From: Macrostomum hystrix
Lineage: Eukaryota > Animalia > Platyhelminthes
Direction: 5' to 3'
Length of the DNA stretch: 64,000 nt
Assembly (NCBI GenBank): GCA_950097015.1
Contig: CATNEN010000037.1
Coordinates: 3,596,001-3,660,000, forward strand
In this document: positions 38,872 to 52,200 of the stretch, piece by piece
Layout of the letters: every line of letters starts with the position of its first letter
How positions within the stretch are numbered: position 1 is the stretch's first letter
Program-made: the position numbers and the translations under genes
Notes under the pieces: model-generated
What the model was told of the DNA's origin: nothing
The model's input: the letters and a program-made list of their open reading frames with translations, nothing else
The model's database searches: none

Positions 38872-39052
38872 CGCCATACCCTGGCCTGGACTGATCCAGA
38901 TTATTGATACTGCTACCCATTTTACAGCTGAGTAAACTAAAGCAATGCCAAATTAAGTATCTTGGTTAAGTGCAAAAAATGGATTTCTTTGGTCTCGGAG
39001 TCGAACTCCCGACCTCTCGATCAGAAGTCCAAAGCTCTAACCAGTAGGCTAC
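38872..39052 (-). mobile_element. SINE family A copy (truncated)
   Basis: CCCATTTACAGCTGAGTAAACT..GAGTCGAACTCCCGACCTC..GCTCTAACCAGTAGGCTAC; A- and B-boxes are on the minus strand. Confidence 0.75.
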
Positions 39053-39199
39053 AATAAAGGCATCATTCTCAAAACATCGGCATCGTCCAGATATTCAACG
39101 ATTCCCGTCTGGCAAGAACCACAAAAATGTAGGCATGATTTTTCAGCTCGCAAAATTACTTCATGTAACCATGTCGGCTATTAAGAGCGTAATTTTGAT

Positions 39200-39530
39200 C
39201 ATTGATTATTGATTATTGATTATTGATTATTGATTATTGATTATTGATTATTGATTATTGATTACTGATTATTGATTATTGATTATTGATTATTGATTAT
39301 TGATTATTGATTATTGATTATGGATTATTGATTATTGATTATTGATTATTGATTATTGATTATTGATTATTGATTATTGATTATTGATTATTGATTATTG
39401 ATTATTGATTATTGATTATTGATTATTGATCATTGATTATTGATTATTGATTTTTGATTATTGATTTTTGATTATTGATCATTGATTATTGGTTATTGAT
39501 CATTGATTATTGATTATTGATTATTGATTA
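39200..39530. repeat. (GATTATT)n microsatellite
   Basis: About 47 copies of a 7-mer. Confidence 0.97.
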
Positions 39531-40231
39531 TCTTTTCAATTTCTTTCATTGCACCAATATGGATTCGCCATAGAGGTTTCTACAGCACAATTTTAGTTGT
39601 CGTTGTCACCAGGGTCTCCGACAAGAATTGCTGAAGTTTTTTTCATCGCAAAGTACGGAAAATTTCGATTCAGATGGTGGACTTTCACGAAAATCGGTCA
39701 TTCGGTTTGGAAGCTATTGTGAAGTAGGCAGCGGGAATTGAAATACCCCGTGGTCATTCTATTGTTATAAAATGTACGCTTGTACATAAAATGACGGAAC
39801 TGTTAAGTACTTTTAATTGGTACAGTACTTTCTAAGAATGCCAACATTTGCTAGTTTAAGTTGATGTTTAATTACGTTCTAATCTAAATGTAACCTAACT
39901 AGACATGCAACAATTAAAATGATTTGACAGGTCAAATTAGCTAAGTTTTCTACTAAAAGTAGTCAACTATTGTAAAATGTAAACGTGATCAGGTAGCTTA
40001 GGTAGACTGGACCCGGGTGCTCAGTGGATTGTAAGGTGAGATCAGACAGGGGAGAGATCGGACAAGGTAGAGATGAGATACGGAAGATCAGGTAGCTAGA
40101 CAGACTTGTAGGAGAATCTCAGACGAGTTATGGCCCGCGCCAACATAGTACATGCGGCAAATCAAGAAAAACCGAAAAATGCAATTTCTGCAGGCAATAA
40201 TAAGCAAAATAAAATATGCAAGGCGTGGCGC

Positions 40232-43200
40232 TTAAGCACTGACCGGGTTAGGACTGAGGCGGAAGCGATCTCTTCTACCACCGGAACCCAATCGGTTGCA
40301 GCGGCCCCTGCCGCACCTACCGTCTGTGTGGAATCTACCTCCGCTGAGCTGCCGCGTCTCTGGAGCGAACGGCGACGTCGATGAAGCATTTTCGTCGTCG
40401 AACACGAACGACCCTGTCCTCAGCGGCCGAGCCTGGGGCAGCAGCAGCGACGCTGGCAGCTGAGGCGGCGGCGACATCGTCCGCGAGGGTGACAACTCGT
40501 CAGGATCGGACTCCGGGATGCGGGTGAGGCGCGGGACGCGTCGGTCCAACAGGCGGCGATGGCCCCGACTGCTGATACCGCCGGCGGCGCTGCTGGAGGC
40601 GCTGCCGCTGCCATTGACATTTCTACTCCCGGGTCCAGCTATGCAGCGGCTCCACAACAGGGCGGCTGCCGCCAGGGACGCCGCCACCGCTGCACAGGCC
40701 AGCATGGCCCACAGGGTCGTCATGCCGACGTCCAGTTTATAAGAGGCTGCCGCATCAGCTGGTGGGTGGTGTTAGACAAAATTGGACACACCATGATTCT
40801 CAGAAACACGTGGAGTGAGGTGGTTGTTTGAGTGAGGTGGGTGTTGGAGTGAGGGGGTCTTGGAGTGAGGTGGGTGTTGGAGTGAGGTGGGTGTTAGTCT
40901 GATTGGATCAGCTTGAAAAGTTCTGCTTGAACTACTCAATGCAAATGGAAGAATATGAGCATGGATGCTCAACTGTGAGCTCACAGGCGAACAGGGCCGT
41001 GTCCAGGCTGAGTTCCTGGCCCGGCTTGCTGCAGGCCAGGCTGCCGCAGGCCAAGGCTCGCAGGTGAAGAAAGGTGGCTCCGCGAGCTGTCAGCAGTGCG
41101 GCTGCATCCACAGTGAGTTCGGTTAGGGGCGCGGAGACTGGCGGCAGGCTCTGCCAGTGGCGGCTGTCTGAATTGATCAGTCACAGAGTGCCATGATCTC
41201 TGTTAGCACATCATTCTCTACCTGTCTCTGATCGACCTGTTCAGACCACTGCCGTATTAACATACATTAGCTTTTTCAGTTTAGCATTCAATCTCCCAAA
41301 TAAGTTTATTCTCGAGCTGCACTTTATGACTGAGCCAATCCTAATTCGATGATTAATCGTCTCATCTGTGCTCAATTAATTTATGCGAAGTAAACCGATT
41401 TGGCAGTGTGTACGAGCTGTATTGACCTCGACAAATTGAGCATCGATGGAGCTTGTTCCAATGACGTGTAAGATGTATAGACTCGTTTATACAGACGGCA
41501 TATTATGCTTTAGGCTTAAATATACGGGACTATGTACACACGAGCCGATCAGCGGATTGCTGATTTGAGCAATCGAGTTAATTGCAGAGAAAATTTGTCG
41601 TTGTGTGTTACTCTAACCTTTATGTACTACGGGTGTGTCATAAGTAATGTCACTGTGGTTGTTGTGCGGGAACTCAAAGCAATAATCATCCAAATATATT
41701 ATATTCTGAAAGTACATTTATTGAGAAGTTGCCACCACACCTGAGCAGCAATTTTAATGTCTATGGCCAAAACTGTCGCAAGAATTTGTTAATCAGATTT
41801 AGCAAGCGCAACGCGATGAAATCTTCTTTTTGCAACGAGCAAAACTCAACATGAATCACGACAAGACGCACATCCAGTTCTACGCTTTCATTCGCTTCAA
41901 GCTCGGAAAATCTGCACTTGAAGTAGAGGAGGATCTCCGGAACACACTGCCAGACAACTGCCCAACTCGCAGGACAATTTACAGGTGGTTTCAGAACTTT
42001 ACTGATCCTGGGTTCGAATTAGGAGATGCCGCCAGATCTGGACGACCATGTTCAACCAGGACAATAGAGAACATCGAAGTCATCAGCGACCTGGTCAAGG
42101 AAGACCCGCGGCAGTTTGTCAGGGAGCTAGCGGACTGCTTGGAGATTGATTTCAAGACAGTCCATCGCATCTTGACAGAGGATCTCCATCTCCAAAACGT
42201 CTGCTCGGTCTGGGTGCCCCATGACCTCACTGCGGACCAACGTCAGGCCCGTGTGAACTGCGCCAATCAGATCCGCAAGGTGTTCAGCAGCCGGGGCTTG
42301 GATGACATCCTAAACTGCCTGGTTGTTGAGGATGAGACCTGGCTCCACCTGGATGGCAAAAGCAGCAAGGCAGACAGTCGCTGCTGGCTGGGAGCTGGGG
42401 ACTCCAGGCTGACTGTGACCAGGAGGTCCATCTCAGACAAGAAGACCATGCTGCTGGTGGCATTCACGCCAAACAAACGAGTCTCCATCTGTACAACTCC
42501 GCCAAACACCAAGGTCGATGGCCAGTACTTCATCGACTTTGTCCGACACACTGGGAACCTCTGGCGCACGCTCCGGTCAAACCCGATTCACCTGAACGAA
42601 GTTCTGTGGCAGATGGACAACGCACGGCCCCACACCTGTCAGGCTGTTTCGGATTTTCTGGCTGGACGGCGAGTAAATCTGCTCTGGCAGAGTCCCTACA
42701 GCCCAGACTTCAACTTGTGCGACAGGTTTCTCTTTAAATGGCTGAAGGCAGACTTTTCCCAGAGAAGTTTCGCAAACCATGATGAGGTCAAAGAAGCCGC
42801 GTTGCACTGGTTCCGACAGCTGGAGGAAAAACACCTGCAGGCTGAGGTAGAGAAGCTGTACAAGCACTGCCAGAGGGTGATTGATATTGGGGGGCACTAT
42901 GTTGTTGATTGATACAGTTTCGTTCATCTGCGATTGTTAGTTGGTCTGTTTTACCCTCAGTGACATTACTTATGACACACCCGAAGATGAACACACACCA
43001 GAAATATTCATTAAAACTATTTTTGTGAATTTCTTTTGGTTAAAAAGCATCAAAAGTTTAAAATCTAACTCGAACAAAAAACCAGTAGCGAAGTATAACT
43101 ACTCAGAGTTTCAAGACACAATTATTGGAGTGGCACAGTGCGATGGATATCGAAGTGAGGTGGCTGTCGAAGTGAGGTGGCTGTCGGAGTGAGGTGGCTG

Positions 43201-46200
43201 TCGAAGTGAGGTGGCTGTCGGAGTGGGGTGGCTGTCGAAGTGAGGTGGCTGACGGAGTGAGGTGGCTGACGGAGTGAGATGGCTGTCGGAGTGAGGTGGC
43301 TGTCGGAGTGAGGTGGCTGTCGCGTGAGGTAGTTCTCGAAGTAAGGTGTTTGGAGTGAGGTGTCTTAGAAACAGTAGGTCTTTCAGGCAGACAGTGAGAA
43401 GCCAGGAGCTCACCAGTGGCAAACTGCACCAGACAGTACAGCACAGGTGGCTCGCCAGTGGAGTTGCCCATCTGCCAGCTAACTCGGACTCGCCTGCCGT
43501 TGATAACACGGGCGGCCAAGTTGACTGGCGCCGCTGGCAGATGCGGGTAGAGGCCTGTGATGTCCTCCTGGGTCACGTAGTTCTGGCTGAGCGGCTTAGT
43601 AGCTGCGTACTCGTGCTCAGACTCGAGATTGCGTCCCGACTGGCAGTTGGTGCGCACAAAGAATGCATAGTGGGAGTCGGGTGCTAGGCCGAATACGCTC
43701 ACCTGGGTGGCGCCCGGTACAGGGACTCTGATTTCATGGGAAGAAGGAAAAAAAATTACTGGCGAGCCACATGGAAGATAGCAGACAGGTTTCGATAGCC
43801 TAGTGAGCAGCTATTGAGAAACTAGGGGCCTGTTATCAACTGGTTATTGAAAGACTAGTGGCAGTCCAGTGAAAGTCTAGCGACAGTCCAGTGAAAGTCT
43901 AGCGACAGTCTAGTGACAGGCTAGCGACAGTCTAGTGACAGGCTAGCGACAGTCTAGTGACAGGCTATTGATATGCTAGCAACAGTCTAGTGACAGGCTA
44001 GTGACAGGCTAGTGACAGGCTAGTGACAGGCTAGTGACAGGCTAGTGACAGGCTAGTGACAGGCTAGTGACAGGCTAGGGACAGGCTAGGGACAGCTATT
44101 GACGAACTTAGTCAGGCTAGTGATAGTTGTCTGTTGAGTCTGTTTACTAGTCTGTTGACAGTCTTGTGACAGGCCAGTGATAGGATAATGACAGGCTAGT
44201 GACAGTGGTCTAGTGACAGTCTGTCGACAGGCTATAATATCTAGGGCAATCAAATTTCTAGCAGCTCATACTGAGCTCACCTGAGTGTGCTCCAGGCCTG
44301 CAATTTGACCAGCTTGAACCAGACGGCGTAATTGAGCTCACGTCCGCTGTCGTAGCCGGGCACCCAACTGAGGTGGGCGCTGAACGGGTCGGTGACCACC
44401 GACAGGTTGTAAGGCGGCCTCTCTGGCCTGGCTTCAACCAGCAGTTGAGATTCGGCGAACAGCTGGGCCAGGCTGTTGTTGACTAGGCACTGGTACCGAC
44501 CCGAGTCCGTTGGCTGTAGACGCCGAATCGTCAACGCGTTCGCCGATCGCTGAAGTCGGCTGATGTCGTAGTCGTTGACACTGTCGGCGTCAGCTGGAAG
44601 CAGATGATTGGAGTCCTTGAACCAGAGAACCTCGGCGCCAAGACCGAGGCTGTTCAGGTTGCAGTAGAGATTCGCGTCTCCTCCAACCAACTGCTGGATG
44701 ATGGTCTGCGGCCGCTCCAGCATGTAGGGCAAGTCTGCACGGTATTGGTTGAGGTGTTTCACGGTTCGGTGCGTGCGGCATTCACGGGTTTTAGTATTTA
44801 AGGAATTTAGAAGTTTGGCGAGAAATGAGGAAACTGAAAAGTAAAGGAAGTAAAGGATTTGAAACTGCGGCGAATTTGAGGAGGTGGGGCGTTTGAGAAG
44901 GTGGGGAGTTTGAGGAGGTGGGGAGTTTGAGGAGGTGGGGAGTTTGATGAGGTGGGGTGGGGAGTTTGAGGAGGTGGGTAGTTTGAGAAGGTGTGTAGTT
45001 TGAGAAGGTGGGTAGTTTGAGAAGGTGGGGAGTTTAAGAAGGTGGGGAGTTTGAGAAGGTGGGGAGTTTAAGAAGGTGGGGAGTTTGAGAAGGTGGGGAG
45101 TTTGAGAAGGTGGGGGGTTTAAGAAGGTGGGGAGTTTGAGGGGGTGGGGATTTTGAGAAGGTGGGGAGTTTGAGAAGGTGGGGAGTTTGAGAAGGTGGGG
45201 AGTTTAAGAATGTGGGGAGTTTGAGAAGGTGGGGAGTTTGAGAAGGTGGGTAGTTTGAGAAGGTGGGTAGTTTGAGAAGGTGGGGAGTTTGAGGAGGTGG
45301 GGAGTTTGAGGAGGTGGGGAGTTTGAGAAGGTGGGGAGTTTGAGAATGTGGGGAGTTTGAGTAGGAGTGGAGTTTGAGAAGGCGGGGAGTTTAAGGAGGT
45401 GAATATTTTTAGTAGGCGGAGGAACTTGAGGAGGCGGGGAGTTTGAGGCGTTTGGCAATTTCCAAGCAGAATGTAGTTCATCTGGGAGGAGGTAAAAGGC
45501 TCACTCTGGACCAGCACGCGGATGTCGTGACTCCAGTCGCCCCAGCCGAGGAGGTTCAAGCAGCGGCATTTCCACACACCGGCGTGATTCGGCTTCACCT
45601 CGTCGATGTTCACCTGCGGCGTCCCGGTGCCCCCAGTTGACGAATAGTTGTGCGTCCAGACCACCTCAGTGACTGGCGGGTTGGCCAACACCGGGCAGTT
45701 GATGCGGCCCGGCTGACCCCTGGCCAGGAACTGCGTCCGCTGCTCGGAGCCCTCGAACAGCGGCGGATGGATGACGTCAACGTAGGCACTGGCCTGCGGC
45801 GGGTTGCTCCGTCCATTGCTAGGGACGCAACGGTACCAGCCGGTGTCGTGCCGCATCAGGGTTGGTATCACCAGGGTGCCATTGTCCAGGAAGTAGCGAT
45901 GCCTCAACGAATTCAGCAGCCGGAGGTCCCGGCCTGAACGGAACCACGTGTAGCTGATGTTACCTGGATGTCCGGTGGCCGAGCATGGCAGCTCCAAGCG
46001 CTGGCCGACCTTCTTGGTAACATTAGCAGGAGACACTTGTATGTAGACGCCTCCTGGAATATTTTAACTTCGTTTGACAGAACTTTTGTCTAGTGCAGAC
46101 TAAGTAAACTTTGTCTAGGATGGAATTAAATTCCATTATAGCAGTATACAAGTAACCTCTATCCAACACCAGCCTGACTCCGACACCCACCTCATTCCAA

Positions 46201-49200
46201 CGCCCACCTCACCCCAACACCCACCTCAATCCAACACCCACCTCATTCCAACACCCACCTCATTCCAACACCCACCTCATTACAACACCCACCTCACTCC
46301 AACACCCACCTCACTCCAACACCCACCTCCCTCCAACACCCACCTCATTCCAACACCCACCTCACTCCAACGCCCACCTCCCTCCAACACCCACTCCCCC
46401 CTCCAACACCCACCTCACTCCAACAGCCACCTCATTCCAAAGCCACCTTTTTTCTAAAGGCATTCTCACCTTCAATCAGCAGGGTCACGTGCGCGCGATC
46501 GATACCAAACTTATTCCCAGCCTGACATTCAAACAGTCCACCGTGCTGGAATCCCACCGAGGCGATTGCCAACTGGCCCGACGCCGTCACCCGAATGTCA
46601 GCGTCGGCATCGGCGGCAACGTCTGGCCGGAGACGGCGGCCATTGTGCAGCCAGGCGATGTCCGGCTGTGGCCGTCCGCGGGCGCGGCAGTTCAAAGTCA
46701 GGCTGGAGTGTGGACGGCGCACCACCGCCACGGGCAGCTCCGTGAGGATCTTGGGTGTCTCTGACGGCGGTCGAGAGAAAAAATTATGAGGCTGCTCAAA
46801 GTTAAATACTAATTTGCTATTTAGTTAAAGTGAGACATCTTTAATCTGCTAATATAATGACGTTTGAACGCAGATATAATAGAAAATTTATTTGAGTTTG
46901 AGCAGATGTACAGAGGACCGCTAAAATTGTGTGCTCAAACCGCTCAGATTAATGTAATTATGGTCAATAAGCTTTGACTAGCCCAAGCTGAAATAGCACT
47001 TGACTTAATCTGAGCATTGACAGTTGCAGATGAAATACCACTGCTTTGTCTAACTGCTCAAAATCTAGGGAAAGTCTGCATAGAAATCATCAACTACTTG
47101 ACTCAGGATTTCTAGCTTTGTTTTATTGTTCTGGCGGTTACTTTTGTTAAACAAAACAGATTCAGTCTGGTAAATCAAGAGTGAGTTAATCCTTTTCAAA
47201 TCAGTATAATACGGCAGGCCAAATTAATGCAAAGTTGAGCAAAATATAACAACTGAAAATTGATGAAAGAGAGACTGAATGTAGTGATGGATGTGACATA
47301 TCGCTGGATGTAGTGATGGATGTGACATATCGCTGGATGTAGTGATGGATGTGACATATCACTGGATGTAGTGATGGATGTGACATATCACTGGATGTAG
47401 TGATGGATGTGACATATCACTGGATGTAGTGATGGATGTGACATGTCGCTGGATGTAGTGATGGATGTGACGTGTCACTGAATGTAGTGATGGATGTGAC
47501 ATATCGCTGGATGTAGTGATGGATGTGACATATCGCTGGATGTAGTGATGGATGTGACATATCACTGGATGTAGTGATGGATGTGACATATCACTGAATG
47601 TAGTGATGGATGTGACGTGTCACTGGATGTAGTGATGTATGTGACATATCACTGGATGTAGTGATGGATGTGACGTGTCACTGGATGTAGTGATGTATGT
47701 GACGTGTCACTGAATGTAGTGATGGATCTGACGTGTCACTGGATGTAGTGATGGATGTGACGTGTCACTGAATGTAGTGATGGATGTGACGTGTCACTGA
47801 ATGTAGTGATGGATGTGACGTGTCACTGAATGTAGTGATGGATGTGACGTGTCACTGGATGTAGTGATGTATGTAACATATCACTGAATGTAGTGATGGA
47901 TGTGACGTGTCACTGGATGTAGTGATGTATGTGACATATCACTGGATGTAGTGATGGATGTGACGTGTCACTGAATGTAGTGATGGATGTGACGTGTCAC
48001 TGGATGTAGTGATGTATGTGACATATCACTGAATGTAGTGATGGATGTGACGTGTCACTGGATGTAGTGATGTATGTGACATATCACTGAATGTAGTGAT
48101 GGATGTGACGTGTCACTGAATGTAGTGATGGATGTGACGTGTCACTGGATGTAGTGATGTATGTGACATATCACTGAATGTAGTGATGGATGTGACGTGT
48201 CACTGGATGTAGTGATGTATGTGACATATCACTGAATGTAGTGATGGATGTGACGTGTCACTGAATGTAGTGATGGATGTGACGTGTCACTGGATGTAGT
48301 GATGTATGTGACATATCACTGAATGTAGTGATGGATGTGACGTGTCACTGAATGTAGTGATGGATGTGACGTGTCACTGGATGTAGTGATGTATGTAACA
48401 TATCACTGAATGTAGTGATGGATGTGACGTGTCACTGGATGTAGTGATGTATGTGACATATCACTGGATGTAGTGATGGATGTGACATGTCACTGGATGT
48501 AGTGATGGATGTGACATGTCACTGGATGTAGTGATGGATGTGACGTGTCACTGAATGTAGTGATGGATGTGACGTGTCACTGGATGTAGTGATGGGTGTG
48601 ACGTGTCACTGGATGTAGTGATGGATGTGACGTGTCACTGGATGTAGTGATGGATGTGACGTGTCACTGGATGTAGTGATGGATGTGACATATCACTGGA
48701 TGTAGTGATGGATGTGACGTGTCACTGAATGTAGTGATGGATGTGACGTGTCACTGGATGTAGTGATGTATGTGACATATCACTGAATGTAGTGATGGAT
48801 GTGACGTGTCACTGGATGTAGTGATGTATGTGACATATCACTGGATGTAGTGATGGATGTGACGTGTCACTGGATGTAGTGATGTATGTGACGTGTCACT
48901 GAATGTAGTGATGGATCTGACGTGTCACTGGATGTAGTGATGGATGTGACGTGTCACTGAATGTAGTGATGGATGTGACGTGTCACTGAATGTAGTGATG
49001 GATGTGACGTGTCACTGAATGTAGTGATGGATGTGACATATCACTGAATGTAGTGATGGATGTGACATGTCACTGGATGTAGTGATGGATGTGACATGTC
49101 ACTGGATGTAGTGATGGATGTGACATGTCACTGGATGTAGTGATGGATGTGACATGTCACTGGATGTAGTGATGGATGTGACATGTCACTGGATGTAGTG

Positions 49201-52200
49201 ATGGATGTGACATGTCACTGGATGTAGTGATGGATGTGACATATCACTGGATGTAGTGATGGATGTGACATGTCACTGAATGTAGTGATGGATGTGACAT
49301 GTCACTGAATGTAGTGATGGATGTGACATGTCACTGGATGTAGTGATGGATGTGACATGTCACTGGATGTAGTGATGGATGTGACATGTCACTGGATGTA
49401 GTGATGGATGTGACATGTCACTGAATGTAGTGATGAATGTGACATGTCACTGGATGTAGTGATGGATGTGACATGTCACTGGATGTAGTGATGGATGTGA
49501 CATGTCACTGGATGTAGTGATGGATGTGACATGTCACTGGATGTAGTGATGGATGTGACATGTCACTGGATGTAGTGATGGATGTGACATGTCACTGGAT
49601 GTAGTGATGGATGTGACATGTCACTGGATGTAGTGATGGATGTGACATATCACTGGATGTAGTGATGGATGTGACATGTCACTGAATGTAGTGATGGATG
49701 TGACATATCACTGGATGTAGTGATGGGTGTGACATGTCACTGAATGTAGTGATGGATGTGACATGTCACTGGATGTAGTGATGGATGTGACATATCACTG
49801 GATGTAGTGATGGGTGTGACATGTCACTGAATGTAGTGATGGATGTGACATGTCACTGGATGTAGTGATGGATGTGACATATCACTGGATGTAGTGATGG
49901 ATGTGACATGTCATTGGATGTAGTGATGGATGTGACATGTCACTGGATGTAGTGATGGATGTGACATGTCATTGGATGTAGTGATGGATGTGACATGTCA
50001 CTGAATGTAGTGATGAATGTGACATGTCACTGAATGTTGTGATGAATGTGACATGCCACGGTTAAACTCAAATGCGAAATTTTGGGGCGAAAAATAAAAG
50101 TACAAACAAAACATTCCCAAACAGAAATATGAACCATCAAAAAACCAAGACTAGCCATCAATCACTTTCACAGGCCCCGGATCTGAAAGTTTTTTTAATC
50201 CAAAGGCTTGAAGCACAGTAGATATGAATTACTCTTCACTACGCAGATTGGAGGCCCAGTGACTGACCAGAAAATCAGCAGCCAGCCCTGTCAGTTCCTT
50301 CTGCAGGCAATCAAATGCCATTAGATTGTAAAAGGAAGTCACTGACACTTGACTCTCGCTGTTACGATGGCAACAACAAGAGCTTTCTATGTCGAAGCGT
50401 TGTCTACTGTTCTGAACCTTGAAGAGGGCGCGCAGAACACTCACCATAGTCCGTTGCGAAGCTGTTCAAAGCGCAGCCAAGCATAATGCAGAGGTGCATG
50501 GCCGGCAAAAACATGTTTCAGCTGCAGAGCAGATCTGGCTCTGGTCCGCCTATGCTCAACTGACTAAAACACTTTCTAAGAATATATATAGACTTTTTTG
50601 TCGCTTAGGAATGAATCCGGCTATGATTGAAAAGGTTTTTCTCGCTTCTACGAGTTAAAAAACTTCTTCTTCCAGGTGAGAAGCAGCTTGCTATTGTATA
50701 TTTTTTTCTGTCGGGTTCACGGTTGCTGCCGCAGACTCCGCAGCTAAAAAATGCAGGAAATTTTCCCAGAGGTGACCTGGTCAGGAAGCGCGGCCTTCCT
50801 GTGAGGCCGGCAGGTGATTTGAGAACAGGCCCTGACCAATGCCACACCTCGGCTTGAGTCTGGGTTTTTTCCCGGACCCCGCGGTGAGAGAGAGATGAAA
50901 ACTCCATAACAAAATGAGCCGTGAAACTGGGTACGCAAATTGAACAGACTGGCTAGCTGGGCACGCGCAATTTAAACTTCCCCTCACTGATGACACTTTC
51001 TTTTTTATAACAAATTGATTTTAGCCTCATGTTTAATAGATTGACACGACAAGTCGTGATGGAGTTTTAATAGAATAAAAATTGTTTTTTAGTTACACGC
51101 TTTTACAGATAGCTATTAGGTAACACTAACTATGGATTGCTGGCACTAGCATTTAACTTTTTTTGTTTTAATCTAAACTCTTTTTTTCATCGGACGGGCT
51201 GACCTAGTGTACCTTCTACAGAGGGTAGACTGAGTGTACATTCTATGGAGTGATGGGCTTTGTGTACATTCTAAGTAGGGGTAGACTGAATGTACATTCT
51301 ATGGAGTGATGGGCTTTGTGTACATTCTAAGTAGGGGTAGACTGAATGTACATTCTATGGAGTGATGGGCTTTGTGTACATTCTAAGTAGGGGTAGACTG
51401 AATGTACATTCTATGGAGTGATGGGCTTTGTGTACATTCTAAGTAGGGGTAGACTGAATGTACATTCTATGGAGTGATGGGCTTTGTGTACATTCTAAGT
51501 AGGGGTAGACTGAATGTACATTCTATGGAGTGATGGGCTTTGTGTACATTCTAAGTAGGGGTGGACTGAACTAGGGGAACTAAAGTGTCTAGCTCAAGGA
51601 CAAAGCTTAAGGCTTTTCTTGGGTCAAGATTCGAACTCATGATGTGCTGTTCAGAAGTCCGACGCTTTAACCTCTGGGCTACAAAAGTACACAAGTTTGC
51701 ACCAAATTGCGAATAGCTAGGCTCGTAATAACGTTTATCGTATGAACCAGTGGGCGCACCGTACTCATGCTCATATCGATAATTATTTCAATCTACACTG
51801 AGTGAGTGGCCGATCTCTACTAGATGTCGAAAATCAGATTGACAGGCCGAGCAGCTCCCGTATTATCCAGCCACTCGCCACCATCCACTGTCCCCAATTC
51901 CCAATGCACAGACTCCCAATGCACTTATTAGCACAGCAGGACCTTCATACCCTCATTTTCTAGTTTCCAGGAAGAAAACAAACTATGAGGAAGTTCTCCC
52001 ACAGGGGGCGGTAGCCAATTTTCGTTTCGCGGAAAGGGACAAAATTTATTTGAGTGCAGAAAATATTATTAATAGATTGGGGAGCGAAATGAAAACCCGA
52101 CGCAATGAGGACTTCTACAGAAACGCTCAGCTCTGCTTGCACTTGTCGGAGAGTGACATCAAGAGACATTTAATCTGATGACCCATTCAAGCTTATGTCA

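Noticed and set aside
44735-44833. Upstream acceptor at 44834 extending turtle exon 4
   Set aside because: It is in frame but adds 33 residues between Ig4 and Ig5 that do not fit the IGSF9 spacing; the acceptor at 44735 restores it.
50229-51000. Possible extra turtle exon or nested gene on the minus strand
   Set aside because: The candidate acceptor/donor pair gives a stop in the phase-1 frame that turtle requires; no recognisable motifs.
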